From Octopus bimaculoides (taxonomy: Eukaryota): a stretch of 64,000 bases of DNA. The stretch spans positions 16,380,913 to 16,444,912 of the forward strand of contig NC_069002.1 in the NCBI RefSeq assembly GCF_001194135.2, read 5' to 3'. Below, piece after piece: positions 13,601 through 27,296 of the stretch (position 1 is the stretch's first letter; the number at the start of each line of letters is the position of its first letter). The notes under the pieces were generated by a model. It had not been told where the DNA came from. It did not search any database and saw only the letters and a program-made list of their open reading frames with translations. The position numbers were made by a program, and so were the translations under genes.

Positions 13601-15026
13601 ATCTGAAGTGCAGTTGGTTTCTGATTGCATTGAAAATTAGGTTCAGTGCTATACAATAGTTTATCCACTCAAAACAAATTCGCACACAGAAACATCTTGG
13701 ACTCATGGAACATTTGCATGGAATTTACTGAGTTTAGGAAGCAGTCTTACTCAGTCACCAAAGTGACTTCCACCATATACAGTATCTCACAGAAATATGT
13801 ACAAGGCGGCAAGTTGGCAGAAACGTTAGCACGCCGGGCGAAATGCTTAGCGGTATTTCGTCTGCCGTTACGTTCTGAGTTCAAATTCCGCCGAGGTCGA
13901 CTTTGCCTTTCATCCTTTCGGAGTCGATAAATTAAGTGTCAGTTGCGCACTGGGGTCGATGTAATCGACTTAATCCCTTTGTCAGTCCTTGTTTGTCCCC
14001 CTCAGTGTTTAGCCCCTTGTGGGCAATAAAGAAATAAGAAATATGTACCCTTCTAAAAAATTTCAGTGAAATTGTCATTACTCTGACAACATCAAAGGAA
14101 ATGAAACGGAAGTAATACTGAATGAAATATATTATGCACACAAAGTTATACTGAATGAAATATATTATGCACACAAATATTATACAAATTTGGAACACCA
14201 AACAATAAACATGATTATTCCCAAACTCCTTTCCCTTACATAGGTTTTGGCAAAAGAAAGAGGACTTGATTTATGCCTGGTAGTGAGGAGAGGCTTCCTA
14301 CGAGGAACGCATCCATGAAGACAACACTGGTTCAAACTTCAGCAAACTGTTTGGGTGGATACACTCTTTCCACTAACAGAAGACACACCTTGGGCCAAAG
14401 ATGAAGCGGTATGATGCCTGTCATCCATCATGCAACGTTGGATATGGCGAATATCACACGCAGTTAAAATAGAAAGACAACCTGGAAGATGTTTATTGCT
14501 TAGCCGTCCAGTAGCTTTGTACTTCTGAATTACTTTGACAACCGTGTTAACTTGTATACTAAACCAGGTATGAACGAAATATTAATTTTCAAAGTTACAA
14601 AAATATGTACACCATGAAGGAAATTTGCTATATTCAATATTTTATCCACTTTTTTTTACTAAATTCAGATGTTGCTGATAATTTCAATTCTAATAAATTA
14701 TTTCTCCTGGCATTTTTGCATTGGTCATTGCTATTGCATCTGCAGGAATTCTGATTTGTGTACCGTGGTGAAAATCTTCTTCATTGTGATTAAAGTGGCA
14801 CCAAAAGGAAAAGAAGTGTCTGAAGATTTGAAGAAAATTATTTTTAATTTGTACAAGGAATTATAAGCGCAGGTGTCTGTGTATGGTAAGAAGCGTGCTT
14901 CCTTACCACATGGTTCTGGGTTCAGTCCCACTGTGTGGCACCTTGGACAAGTGTTTTCTAATATAGCCTTGGGCTATATTAGTAAATTTGGAAGACAGGA
15001 ACTGAAAAAAGCCCATTGTGTGTGTG

Positions 15027-15067
<41 letters not shown>

Positions 15068-18000
15068 ATGTATGTATGTATGTATTTATGTGTGTGTTTC
15101 TTTGTGTCTGTGTTTGTTTCCCTATTGTCACTTGACCACCGATGTTGGTGTGCTCATGTCCCTGTAACTTGACCGATAGAATAAATACCAAGCTTACAAA
15201 GTCCTGGGGTTAATTGCTTCAGCTAAAAGGTGGTGCTCCAGTATGGCCACAGTCAAATGACTGAAACAAATAAAACAATAAAAGAAAAGAATGGTTTAGT
15301 ATACAAGTTAACACGGTTGTCAAAGTAATTCAGAAGTACAAAGCTACTGGACGGCTAAGCAATAAACATCTTCCAGGTTGTCTTTCTATTTTAACTGCGT
15401 GTGATATTCGCCATATCCGACGTTGCATGATGGATGACAGGCATCATACCGCTTCATCTTTGGCCCAAGGTGTGTCTTCTGTTAGTGGAAAGAGTGTATC
15501 CACCCAAACAGTTTGCTGAAGTTTGAACCAGTGTTGTCTTCATGGATGCGTTCCTCGTAGGAAGCCTCTCCTCACTACCAGGCATAAATCAAGTCCTCTT
15601 TCTTTTGCCAAAACCTATGTAAGGGGAAGGAGTTTTGGAATAAAATTCTTTTTTCTGATGAGACTAAAATTAATTTGTTTGGGTTAGATGGTATTAAACA
15701 AGTATGGTGATGATCAGGTAAAGATAATAGCGACAAATGCACTATGCCTTCCATGAAACATGGCGGCAGAAGTGTTATGCTTTGAGTGCGGCTGGTGTGT
15801 GAGGATTCACATTTATTGAGAGAACACTGGATTCAAGGCTTTATTGTGACATATTGCAGAAAACAATATTGAAAAGCATCAAGGAACTAGGAAGACATTC
15901 CATGTTCCAACATGATAATGACCTTAAAAACTCTTCAAAGATGGCGACTAAGTTTTTATCAGATTAAAAGATAAAGATATTACCTTGGTCTACCATGTCA
16001 TCTGATTTAAACCCAGTAAAACATTTGTGAGGTGTTTTTGAAAAGGAAGGTTGAGGAGAAAAAAACCCCACAATGCAACACGCTTGAAAGACATCATTCA
16101 GGATGAATGGAGGTCGATTCCATCACTTATATTCAGAAATTTAGTCGACTCTATGCCCAGAAGACTTAATACAGTCATTGAAAGCAAAAGTGGTCACACC
16201 AAATATTGAATATAGCAAATAATTCTTTAGGGTGTACATATTTTTGTATGGTTTGAAGATTAATATTTCATTCATATCTTTAAAAATGTTTATTGTTTTG
16301 TGTTCCAAATTTGTATAATATTTGCATGTATGATATATTTTATTCAGTATAAATTTTGTTTGATTTACTTTGATATCATCAGAGTAATGGCAATTTTACT
16401 GAAATTTTTTAGGGGTGTATATACTTCTGTGGGATACTGTATATTTTCATGTGTGTGGTTTAGTGGTTAGGGTATTCAGCTCACGATCATAAGGTTGTGA
16501 GTTTGAAAACTGGTGGCACATTGTGTCTTTGAGCAAGTCACTTTAGTCTGTGTTGTTCCCATTCATTCAGCTGGCAAAAAATTAATAGTATCTGTAATTC
16601 AAAGGGCCAGCCTTGTCAAATTCTGTGTCACACTGAATCTCCCTGAGAACTATGTTAAGGGTTTGCATGTCTGTAGAGTGCTCAGCCAACTTGCTTATTA
16701 ATTTCATGAGCAGGTTGTTCTGTTGATCAGATCAACTGGAACCCTTGTCGTCGTAACAGACAGTGTTATTTTCATGTGGATGTAGTCTGATGATGATGAT
16801 GATTTTTGATTTCAAGTTGGCCTTCAACCATTCCCCATCTCTTAAAACAAGACTTAATCACATTTTATTGGAAGTTGGTCTGAGTTGACTGTCTAAAAAA
16901 TCTCGGTGAATTGTGTCTTTGAGATTTATTGACATTTAAACTAAATCTCCTCTTCAAACCTGATTAGTGTTCTTGAGTCATTTGCTGTAAGAGCTTAATT
17001 ATATAAATCTTCTGCCACTAATGAAAGAACTCAACTTTTTTTTCCTATCAAAGCAGCCACTTTATATAAATCTGTAGAAAAGCCAATAAATAGAACCAGT
17101 GCCAGACATCTTGCTTTTTTTTTGTTGCTATAGTTACTGTAACACTCAACAATGAAGCATTATTTTATTCTACCAGGCTCTTCATTCATAAACTTCCAGG
17201 GTTTTATTGTTTTTGTTTTGTTTTTTTTATCTCATTAAATGGTCGAAGTTTTTTTTTTTCCTGATGTTAGAGAAACAATCCATGTTTTGTTTTATTGACA
17301 TACAACACTTGTAGAATGTTTTATTCCTTTCTGTTTTGTATTGCATGTTGTTGCTGCTGCTGCTGCTGCTGCTGTTGTTGTTGTTGTTGTTGTTGTTGGT
17401 GGTGGTGGTAGTGGTAGTGGAGGTGGTGGTGATAGTGCTTCCTTGTTGAGGACGTCACCAAGGTTTCTGAAACTGGGTGTGGGTGACATTTGCTAGAGAG
17501 TTAGATTAGCATGGAGAAAGGACTTGCAAGTTCAATTCCCATCATAAGCTAGTCTTTAAAAGCCCGTGTTTTCATAGTTGAGATAACAAGATGCAGGGAG
17601 ATGTTAACCTCACAGTCTATTGTGGTCCTCTTTCAGTATGTGAGGGCTAATGGTGACCTAGTTATTTCATAGTACTTCAAGTTAAAATGCCAGTACCATG
17701 AAGGCCATAAAAATTTTTGGATATGTTTATCATATTTCTCTGAATTTTTTATTTTATTCTTACCGATTCCTCCTTCTGAAAGTGTTGGTCTGTTTTTGCT
17801 TTAGTCTTAAGAACCGTCCAGCTAAGTAAAATTGAGGCCAAGAAAGCACATCCTTTATAACCATGCCCCTGCATACAATCTGTCCGCAGATAAATCTCCC
17901 CCACATCCCCTCTTCCCAACACTTACCTCTTTATCCCACTTGCCAACCCACCTGCACACAATATGTCCTCGTCAAATCTCTTCCCAAGCCCCCATCTCTC

Positions 18001-21000
18001 AAGCTCTCCCTTCCTCTACCTACTCACTCCATTCCCTCCCCTTCATCCCCCTTCACTCCTTTTGCAACTTACCCACCCACCCACTTACTCTATCCAATCC
18101 ATGCTCCACTTCACTATATACATCATATATCTCCCCGGAACTTGGGCGGATGCCCCCTCTCATCTTCAGCATCTTATCTCTCTCCTCTCTCTTTCTCCAT
18201 TTTCCTTTTGACTGAGGTACCCCTGTATCTCCTCTGTTGCAAGACACCTGTTTTTGTCCCTTATTCGTAGTTTAACCTCTCTTCGCCTGGCACAAAGTCA
18301 CCTTTCTTGATACTCCTTCTCTCTTCAGTTTAAGGGGTCTTGTCCTGCAAGTTGTTTAATGCCCTTCCTGCTGCTGGTGCTATGTAAAAAGCACCCAACA
18401 CACTCTGTAAAGTGGTTGGCATTAGAAATGGTATCCAGCCATAGAAACTATACTAAAGCAGATAGCAGAACTCAACAGTCTTCTGACTTGCCAGCAAAGA
18501 AGGGGGGGGGGGGCATAATATGATGAGCGATGATGATGATGATTTCCTTGTTTAGTTTAATAATCTCTATAATCTGTAATAATTCAACAATTATCTAAAC
18601 TACAACATGATATTTGATAGGGTTAACTTCTCCATGTTAGAATACAGTGTGATGTCTGCATCAGCACCATATCTTGAATTTATGGATTTATGGATCACAT
18701 CTGGTTTATTTGGTTGACAACTTATCACAGCTAGACTGATGCAACACAAGAATTAATACCCTACAGTGTCATTCTAAAAAATAAACAATCACATCAATGA
18801 AGTCTCAATGCTACCAGGTAATGCATGATTAATTCAAAGCCATGTGAATAAATATTACAATTTGACAGTAATGTGAATGCTAAATGGTTGATTGTCGTCA
18901 AATGCAGTAGGAGCAACATCCAGTACTCTCTCACAATAAATGTAGTTTATCACTGAGGTTACCCTTGCTTTAGCAGGTAGACCTATGGGCAAAACCATTC
19001 CAGCCATGACACATACTACTTGTTTAGGAAATGTCTAAAATGCATTATCTAACGTGTTCTCTTTTGTAAGATAAGAGTGTGACTTAGCTGCTATTTCTGA
19101 CTGGATAGCTGACTATGAAAAGGTTCTTTTTTGGATCATTGTGGTTTTTTAATTGACGTGTGCTGCTTGGTGAGCCATACTGAACCCATTAATAATTTCC
19201 TTACACAGATTATATTTTATTATCTCTTACAGAAATGTATTAACTATTAAGATATAAAGAATTTTTTCAACTCTTGGAAAGACCTCTTCCCTTCCCCATA
19301 GATATTAATTAGGTTAATTAAGTTGTATTGTTGGATTTAGACATGCTCTAAACTACTGCCAATTTCTCCTCCAGTACCATCAATGTTAATTATTGAATCT
19401 CTCTCTCTCTCTCTCTGGTTAGGTAACCATGTACCTTCTCTACAGTAAGACACCTGTTTCTATCTCTCTGTCACACCTTACCCTTTCATCATCTAACACA
19501 AGATCACCTCCTCCAATTCCCCCTTCCCTCTCAAAGATTCCTTGTCTTGCAAAGTTACCTGGTGACCCTGCCAGTGCTGGTGCCACTTAAAAAGCATCCA
19601 GTCCACATTGTAAAGTGGTTGGCATTTGGAAGGGCATCCAGCTGTAAAACCCATACCAAAACTGACCTCACTTGTGTTAGTGCCATATAAAAAGCACTCA
19701 GCCCACTCTGTTGGGTCGTTGGTGTTAGGAAAGGCTTCCAGCTATAAAAACCATGCCAAAACAGACACAGTAGTATGGAGCAGGCTCTTGCCTGGCCAAC
19801 TCCTGTCAAACTGTCCAACCCATGCCAGCATGGAAGGGGGACGTTAAACGATGATGATGAGGAGAACAATATTCAACAGCTGAAATTATTGCTCTATAAA
19901 ATTAAGAAATATTCTTCATAGCTATTTTAGTTAACATCACAGACCAAGCGAGGTCTCATTATCAATGGCAATGCTTTATTTATGTTCCACTTCGTGAAAT
20001 TTGAGTAACTTTTTTCTTTACTTCCTTACACAATCTGTTTCTTGTATTTTTAAGCTGTAGGCTTTCACTTCCTTGAGATGCTTTAAATAACCTGTTGTTA
20101 TTTGAGCTGTGTGGAACTTCCAGAAATAAATTCTTCCTTTATTTTGTTTTCTTTTTTTTTGTTTTTTGTTTTTTTGTTTTTCTTGTGTAATCACTATACA
20201 GTTCTATACTAAAGCATTGGTTGTTGGTCTTATTTGTAAACTTATAACATGTTATATTCTATCCTTGGATATATCAGCCCATTACAACTGCTATTTCTTC
20301 TTGATAAACTAACACCCATTCCTCTTCACAATGTTGGATGGTGTAGGCGTTACCATAACCAATTAGATAGGTCCAAAGTATGGCTATTGCTGCTTGAAAA
20401 CTAATTTCCTATCTGCATACAAGAAAGAGCTTCTATTCTAAGATTCTTGTAATAGATTCAATATTATTTGGCAGATGAAAACATATTGGATTAAATATCG
20501 TAGTCTGTAAAAATACATTCTTGTAAATTTAGATCTAATTGAAGCCATCACATAGCAACAGTTCCATTGAGTCGGTTGAAATAATTTGGTGTAGAACCAC
20601 CAGCCAAATAAACTGGTGGTTCAAATATTGTTTTGTGGTCTACTATTTCATGCCTCAATCCATCTGGCTGTAAATAGGTACCATCTCACTGCTGCACTTA
20701 CAGAAGTACTGTGTAATTGATTAGTGTCTTATTCTTCTTATTTTTTTTCAAAGTCCTAGTGAGAGAGGAAGGTCAGCTTCTGTGATTTAGAAGGGAGGGG
20801 GGCAATCCTCATTACCTAAAAGAAGGGTAATTCTCCCCACCCCTGCCAACTCATGGGTTGTTGTTCTAGAAGGAAGCAGTATAATAAGGAAATTAGTTTA
20901 TTTTAGAGTAGATTTTTTTAACAACTTCAATCATGGATAAAAAAGTAAAACTATTTTTTAATTTTTATTTTTCATTTATACAAAAATACAGTTAAATAAC

Positions 21001-24000
21001 ACATACTGAGTCAATTTTTAAAGAATTCAATATTCAATATGCTTAATTCTTGGCATGGATAAATAAAAAATTTTGCTTACACAAGGTAAAAAAAATACCA
21101 ATTTACTTACAGCTGTGAGATTTACAAGAAAGCACGGCCATCCTCTATAGCTTGTGAGCAAACACTGAGTCAGAATCACATTTAGAAATGTCCAGTGAAT
21201 TGGTATCTGTGACTCAACTTAATTATAATCTATAGTTCTTTTGTAATTTATGCTGAAAAATTATCCAATTTATTGGACAAAGTGACTGAAGGAATTAAGG
21301 TACCTAAGGGCCAGCTAGTGGTGTTCAGCTGGGTGATAGAGTAACCCTTTATCATTTAAACTGGCCATATCTGGCCCAAAATTTTCTACTTGTTTTATGT
21401 TCAAACTAACCAGGTCTGGCCTCTCACACTTATCTAAATGGCATTCAATCACAATCATTGTGATTGTCATTCAATAAACAATCACATCATTGAAATCTCA
21501 AAGCTATAAAGACAATGCATGCTTAATTGAAAACAATGTGAATGAATATAAATTACATTTGGTAGAGAAATATGAACACTAAAGGGTTAAGTATAGAATT
21601 CAAGTATTGGGCTTCCACATAGTTTCCATTTTCTCAATTTCTCTCACAAAGCTTGGGTTGACCTTAGACTATGGCCAAGCACATGCTTAAGGTATTGCAC
21701 AATTGAATAAAACACAGAGCTATGTGATTCCAAAGTGAACTTCTTTTTAGTATTGAGATTGAGACCTTTCTACAGTCAACAAAAGTGGAGGCGCAATGGC
21801 CCAGTGGTTAGGGCAGCGGACATGTGGTCATAGGATCGCGGTTTCGATTCCCAGACCAGGCGTTGTGAGTGTTTGTTGAGCAAAAACACCTAAAGCTCCA
21901 CGAGGCTCCAGCAGGGGATGGTGGCGAACCCTGCTGTACTCTTCCACCACAACTTTCTCTCACTCTTACTTCCTGTTTCTGTTGTGCCTGTAATTCAAAG
22001 GGTCAGCCTTGTCACACTGTGTCACGCTGAATATCCCCCGAGAACTACGTTGAGGGTACACGTGTCTGTGGAGTGCTCAGCCACATTAATTTCACGAGCA
22101 GGCTGTTCTGTTGATCGGATCAACTGGAACCCTCGATGTCGTAAGCGACGGAGCGCCAACAACAGTCAACAATCTGCTCCAAAGTGGCACCCTACTTAAT
22201 CCTCGAATGTTTACAGATCTCTTTTTCTGCCAACTTTTCTTATTTCTTTACTGCCCACAAGGGGCTGCACACAGAGGGGACAAACAAGGACAGACAAACA
22301 GATTAAGTCAATTATATCGACCCCCAGTGTGTAACTGGTACTTATTTGGTTGGCCCAAGGCAACAATAGAAGACACTTCCTCTGAACCCCAGAGCCATGT
22401 AGTTGGGAAACAAGTTTCTTACCACATAGCCACACCTGTGCCTATCTCTAGTTTGCTATAAACAGATTTATGTTACAGTCGCAAAAAAATCAAACATTTA
22501 AAAGAGAATCCCGCTTTGTAATACTAATTAATATGGTTGGCATTGCCGTTATATCATTATTGCTGTTTGTTATTTTTTAGCCCCAGAGCGTTGAAGAGCT
22601 AAACTTGATATTATTCCAAAACTAACTAACATCTAGGTTAGCAACTTGTTGATTTGATAATTTCTGTGTGTGTGCCATTAACACACTTACAAAGCTGAAA
22701 CTGGAATGGTCTAAGTTAATCAAAGCTTAGCTTCTAGTTGACTTCGAACAGTGAACATATCTTTGGAAGTGAAGTCTTCACAACTATTGAGTATTATGAG
22801 AACATAGACTTCTGGTTTCTTTGAGGAAATATTCACTTCCAAAAGTGAAGTACAATTAGTAAAAACCAGCTAGTTTGTATTTTTAAAGTTGAGAATAGCA
22901 GCACCTTACATATCACAACAACAAAAATTTAGGTTCATGGATTCCTTTTTTTTTTTTTTATTTAAAATTTAAAATTGATAAAATTAAGACGTTCTCTGGA
23001 AGTGGATAATTAAACTTCTGTGATTGAAATTTAATTAAAATAAAAAATGAAATTTCGTTTTTGTATTTGGTTTGCAAGATTCTTGGTATGGACTTTCATG
23101 TCAGCACAACTTTTATTTTTGATATTTGTTCATAATTTTTTCTGCATGGAAAATTTCGTATACACACTTGTGTTTCCATTCTCTCTCACACTCATGTTCC
23201 AACTCTCTTTCATACTCAAGTAAGTCTCTCCCATATCTTGTTCTTTGCTGTAATGCAAAATAGAATGTAATGGTCATCACAGTTGAAATGTTGTCGAGAT
23301 GAAGCAACTGCCCATTGGCTACCAAACCAACAAAATGGAATTCTAAATATTAATTAGCATTCACAGAATTTATTGATTCAAATAAAGAAATAGCTAAAGT
23401 ATGTAGCCTAGTGGTTAGGATTGTTGGTTCAATTCCCAGGCTCAGTATTTTTGAGCAAAATAATTCATTTTATGTTGCTTCATTTCTCTTAACTGAAAAG
23501 GAGTCACAGCAAAAGTTGGGGTTTGATCCTGAGGCCGATTAGCATTCCATTCTGAAGAGGGGCTAGTTTCAACCACTTGGTTACTTTAGAAACGGGAAAT
23601 AGACCTGGGCCTAATGAACCTGTGAACTGAAGAAACACTTACACTGACTTAAATGTTTGTGTATGTGTGTGTGTTCCTTAAGTGGCTGACTCAAACATGT
23701 TGGATAAAGTTGGCATGACTCTTGAAGCCACAAAATAATCAAACAAGCAATTACTTGTGACACTTCCAAGTAAGAATTGAAACACTTCAAGACATAGAAC
23801 TACTCTAAGATTAATACAATCTTGGAAATGGAGATACTGAATGTTAGTCAATTACATATAATGTACCAAGGGGCCAACTATGTCTGGGGTTAAATTCCCA
23901 CTCAATTTGGTTTCGTGACATTTTCTCTGTTCTTAGAATGTTTTTTTGTTTTTATTTTTTTAACCCTTTAGCATTCAAACCGGCCATATCCGGCCAAAAT

Positions 24001-25727
24001 ATTCTACCTGTTTTATCTTCAAAACAGCCAGATCTGGTCTCTCACACCTATCCTACAACGTCATTTTAAAAATAAACAGTCACATCATCAAAATCTCGAA
24101 ACTATGTGATAGTGCATGATGAATTCAAAATAATGTAAATCAATAAACATTACATTTGTTAGATTAATCTGAATGCTAAAGGGTTAAATATATTTTTCAT
24201 TCAGTTGTACAAAAACAGTACTGCTGCATGACCTTGAGTGTAACAGATAAAAATGGCTAAAAATTAATCCTTAACAAAATTTACTTCTATAAATGTCATT
24301 ATTTTTCAGAAACCACATTTCCAACTCTTCCTCGAACCCAGCGTGGCATGCCTATAGTTTTAGGTGCTGACCCCAAAGGAAAATATTTTCTCTACACCAA
24401 TGGACACAATGTTGTCATCCGAGACATCGAAGTAAGTCTGTTTTAAATACAATATTTCATATTATGTTTCATCTAAATGTCCCATTTCCTTCTCATCTAT
24501 ATTCATTGTTGTTGGCACTCCGTCACTTACGACGTCGAGGGTTCCAGTTGATCCGATCAACGGAACAGCCTGCTCATGAAATTAACGTGCAAGTGGCTGA
24601 GCACTCCACCGACACGTGTACCCTTAACTTAGTTCTCGGGGATATTCAGCGTGACACAGTGTGACAAGGATGACCCTTTGAATTACAGGCACAACAGAAA
24701 CAGGAAGTAAGAGTGAGAGAAAAGTGTGGTGGAAGAGTACAGCAGGGTTCGCCACCATCCCCTGCCGGAGCCTCGTGGAGCTTTAGGTGTTTTCGTTCAA
24801 TAAACACTCACAACGCCCGGTCTGGGAATTGAAACCGCGATCCTATGACAGCGAGTCCACTGCCCTAACCTCTGGGCCATTGCGCCTCCACCATCTATAC
24901 TCACAGTATAGAATACCAACAACTATGAAGTTCACTTTTAAAACCCATTTCATTTATGACATCATTGTTTTAGAGCTCCAGTGACTTTGATGTCACTGCC
25001 ATTACTAAACCCTGATACCAGTAATTGTATCCTTCGTTGTAGGACTCCATCACAGCCTAAAACCTGGTTTACTGTGTCCCACCCCCCAATACTATTAGAC
25101 CTCTAGTTGTGATATCCCTAGTTGTAGGGTCCTGAATGACAACTATACCCTCTAATTGCAGAGCCCTTACAACAACGTTCCTGGTTACAGGCCCCAACTA
25201 GAGTGGACATTCCTAGCTATAGCCCCTAACTCCTACCCATTCCATGCTGTCTAATGTCTGTGTTATGTCATCATTCTAACTGCTAATGATTTGTCTGTTG
25301 TCGTAGAACCCCAACAAATGTGATATGTACACAGAACATTCCGGTAATGTGATTGTTGCCAAATATTCTCCGAGTGGTTTCTACATTGCCTCTGGAGGTA
25401 AGATACCTTTCTCTTTTTCTTATCATTTTACGCTATTAATGAGTCACCAAGGAACTGAATTCTTATCAGTCATGTTTCTATTGAGAACAACTGTCATTCT
25501 GAAGTGTTTAAATAAATTATAGGATTCAATTACATACATATATATATATGTATATAGGTGCAGCAGTGGGTGTGTGGTAAGAAGCTTGCTTCCCAACCAC
25601 ATGGTTCGGAGTTCAGTTCCACTGCATAGCACTTTGGGTAAGTGTCTTCTACTACAGCCTTGGGCCAACCAAAGCCTCGTGAGGGGATTTGGTAAATGGA
25701 AACTGAAAGAAGCCCATCGTGTATGTA

Positions 25728-25824
<97 letters not shown>

Positions 25825-26703
25825 GTGTCTGTATGTATTTGTGTGTTTGTGCTTGTTCCCCCACCATTGCTTGACAGCCGATGTTGGTGTGTTTACATCC
25901 CCATAACCTAGCAGTTCAGCAAAAGAGATCAATAGAATAAGTACTCGGCTTACAAAGATTGAGTCCTGGGGTCGATTTGTTTGACTAAAGGCGGTGCTCC
26001 AGCATGGCTGCAGTCAAATGACTGAAACAAGTAAAAGAAAAGAATAAAAGAACATATATTTATATATGTATATATATCACACATCACCACATTGTTTAAT
26101 GTCTGTTATCCTTGCTGGTATGGGTTGGACAGTTTGACAGGAGCTGGCCAGCCACGGAGCTGTCCAAACAACAAATTGTCTGTTGTGGCATAATTTCTAT
26201 GGCTCGATGCCCTTCCTATATAAATTTTGGCACAAGGTTTGAAGTTTTGGGGGAAGGGGCAAATTGATTACATTGATCCCCAGCGTATAACTGATACTTA
26301 TTTTATTGACCCCGAAAGGATGAAAAACTAAGTCAGCCTTGGCAGCATTTGAACTCAGAACTTAAAGACCGATGAAATGCTTGGCGTGCTAATGATTCTG
26401 CCAGCTTGCTATCCTACTACCATTATCATTTAATGCCCATGTTACCTGCTGGCATGGGTTGGACATATACATACATGTACACATGTATATTATATCTCAA
26501 ATAATGAAAAAGAGGGGAAGTGAGTTGCCAATTATACAAACTTCTCCCAGTACTTGACTAGTATTCTGTTTAGTTGTTGACCCCAAAAGGATGGAAAACA
26601 AAGTTGACTCTAGTGGAATTTGAACTCAAATTAGAGTCAGAAGAAATACTATGAATCATTTTATCTGATGCTCAACAACTCTGCCAGTCCACCACCTGTA
26701 TAC

Positions 26704-26740
<37 letters not shown>

Positions 26741-27261
26741 CCTTTCTGCTCTAGGCACAAGGCTTGAAATTTGTGGGGAGGGGGTAAGTTAATTACGTAA
26801 TAATAATAATAATAATGATGATGAAGATGATTTAGGTACAAGGCCAGTAGTTTTGAAGGGGAGAATGTAGTCAATACCTTTTGAATACAGTTGTTATTTA
26901 TTTTATTGACCCCGAAACAATGAAAGACAAAGTTAACTTCTGCTGGATTTGAACTCAAGAATGTTAAAAAGTGGGAAGAAATACTGCAAGGCATTTTGTC
27001 TGTCTCATCATCATCATCATCATCGTTTAACGTCTGCTTTCCATGCTAGCATGGGTTGGACGATTTGACTGAGGACTGGTGAACCAGATGGCTGCACCAG
27101 GCTCCAATCTGATCTGGCAGAGTTTCTACAGCTGGATGCCCTTCCTAACGCCAACAACTCTGAGAGTGTAGTGGGTGCTTTTACGTGCCACCGGCACAAA
27201 GGCCAGTCAGGCGGATACTGGCAACGGCCACGCTTCCTAATGATTTTGCTAGTTTGCTGTC

Positions 27262-27296
<35 letters not shown>

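Larger units (their letters stand above)
13780..16439 (+). mobile_element. Tc1-family DNA transposon (IR/DR type, ~240-bp TIRs), decayed, with nested insertions
   Basis: TA TSDs at 13778-13779 and 16440-16441; termini CAGTATCTCACAGAAATATGTAC / GTATATACTTCTGTGGGATACTG; inner direct repeats (aatatgtacacc) at the ends of each TIR. Confidence 0.92.

Noticed and set aside
20548-20685. Protein-like minus frame [45 protein letters not shown] as a nested gene exon
   Set aside because: Bounded by stops, no credible acceptor or donor, no further exons found; a BLASTX would settle it
21786-21860. tRNA genes (also at 3921, 13803, 28965, 44287)
   Set aside because: tRNA-like A/B boxes continue into long shared bodies with TSDs, so these are SINE heads
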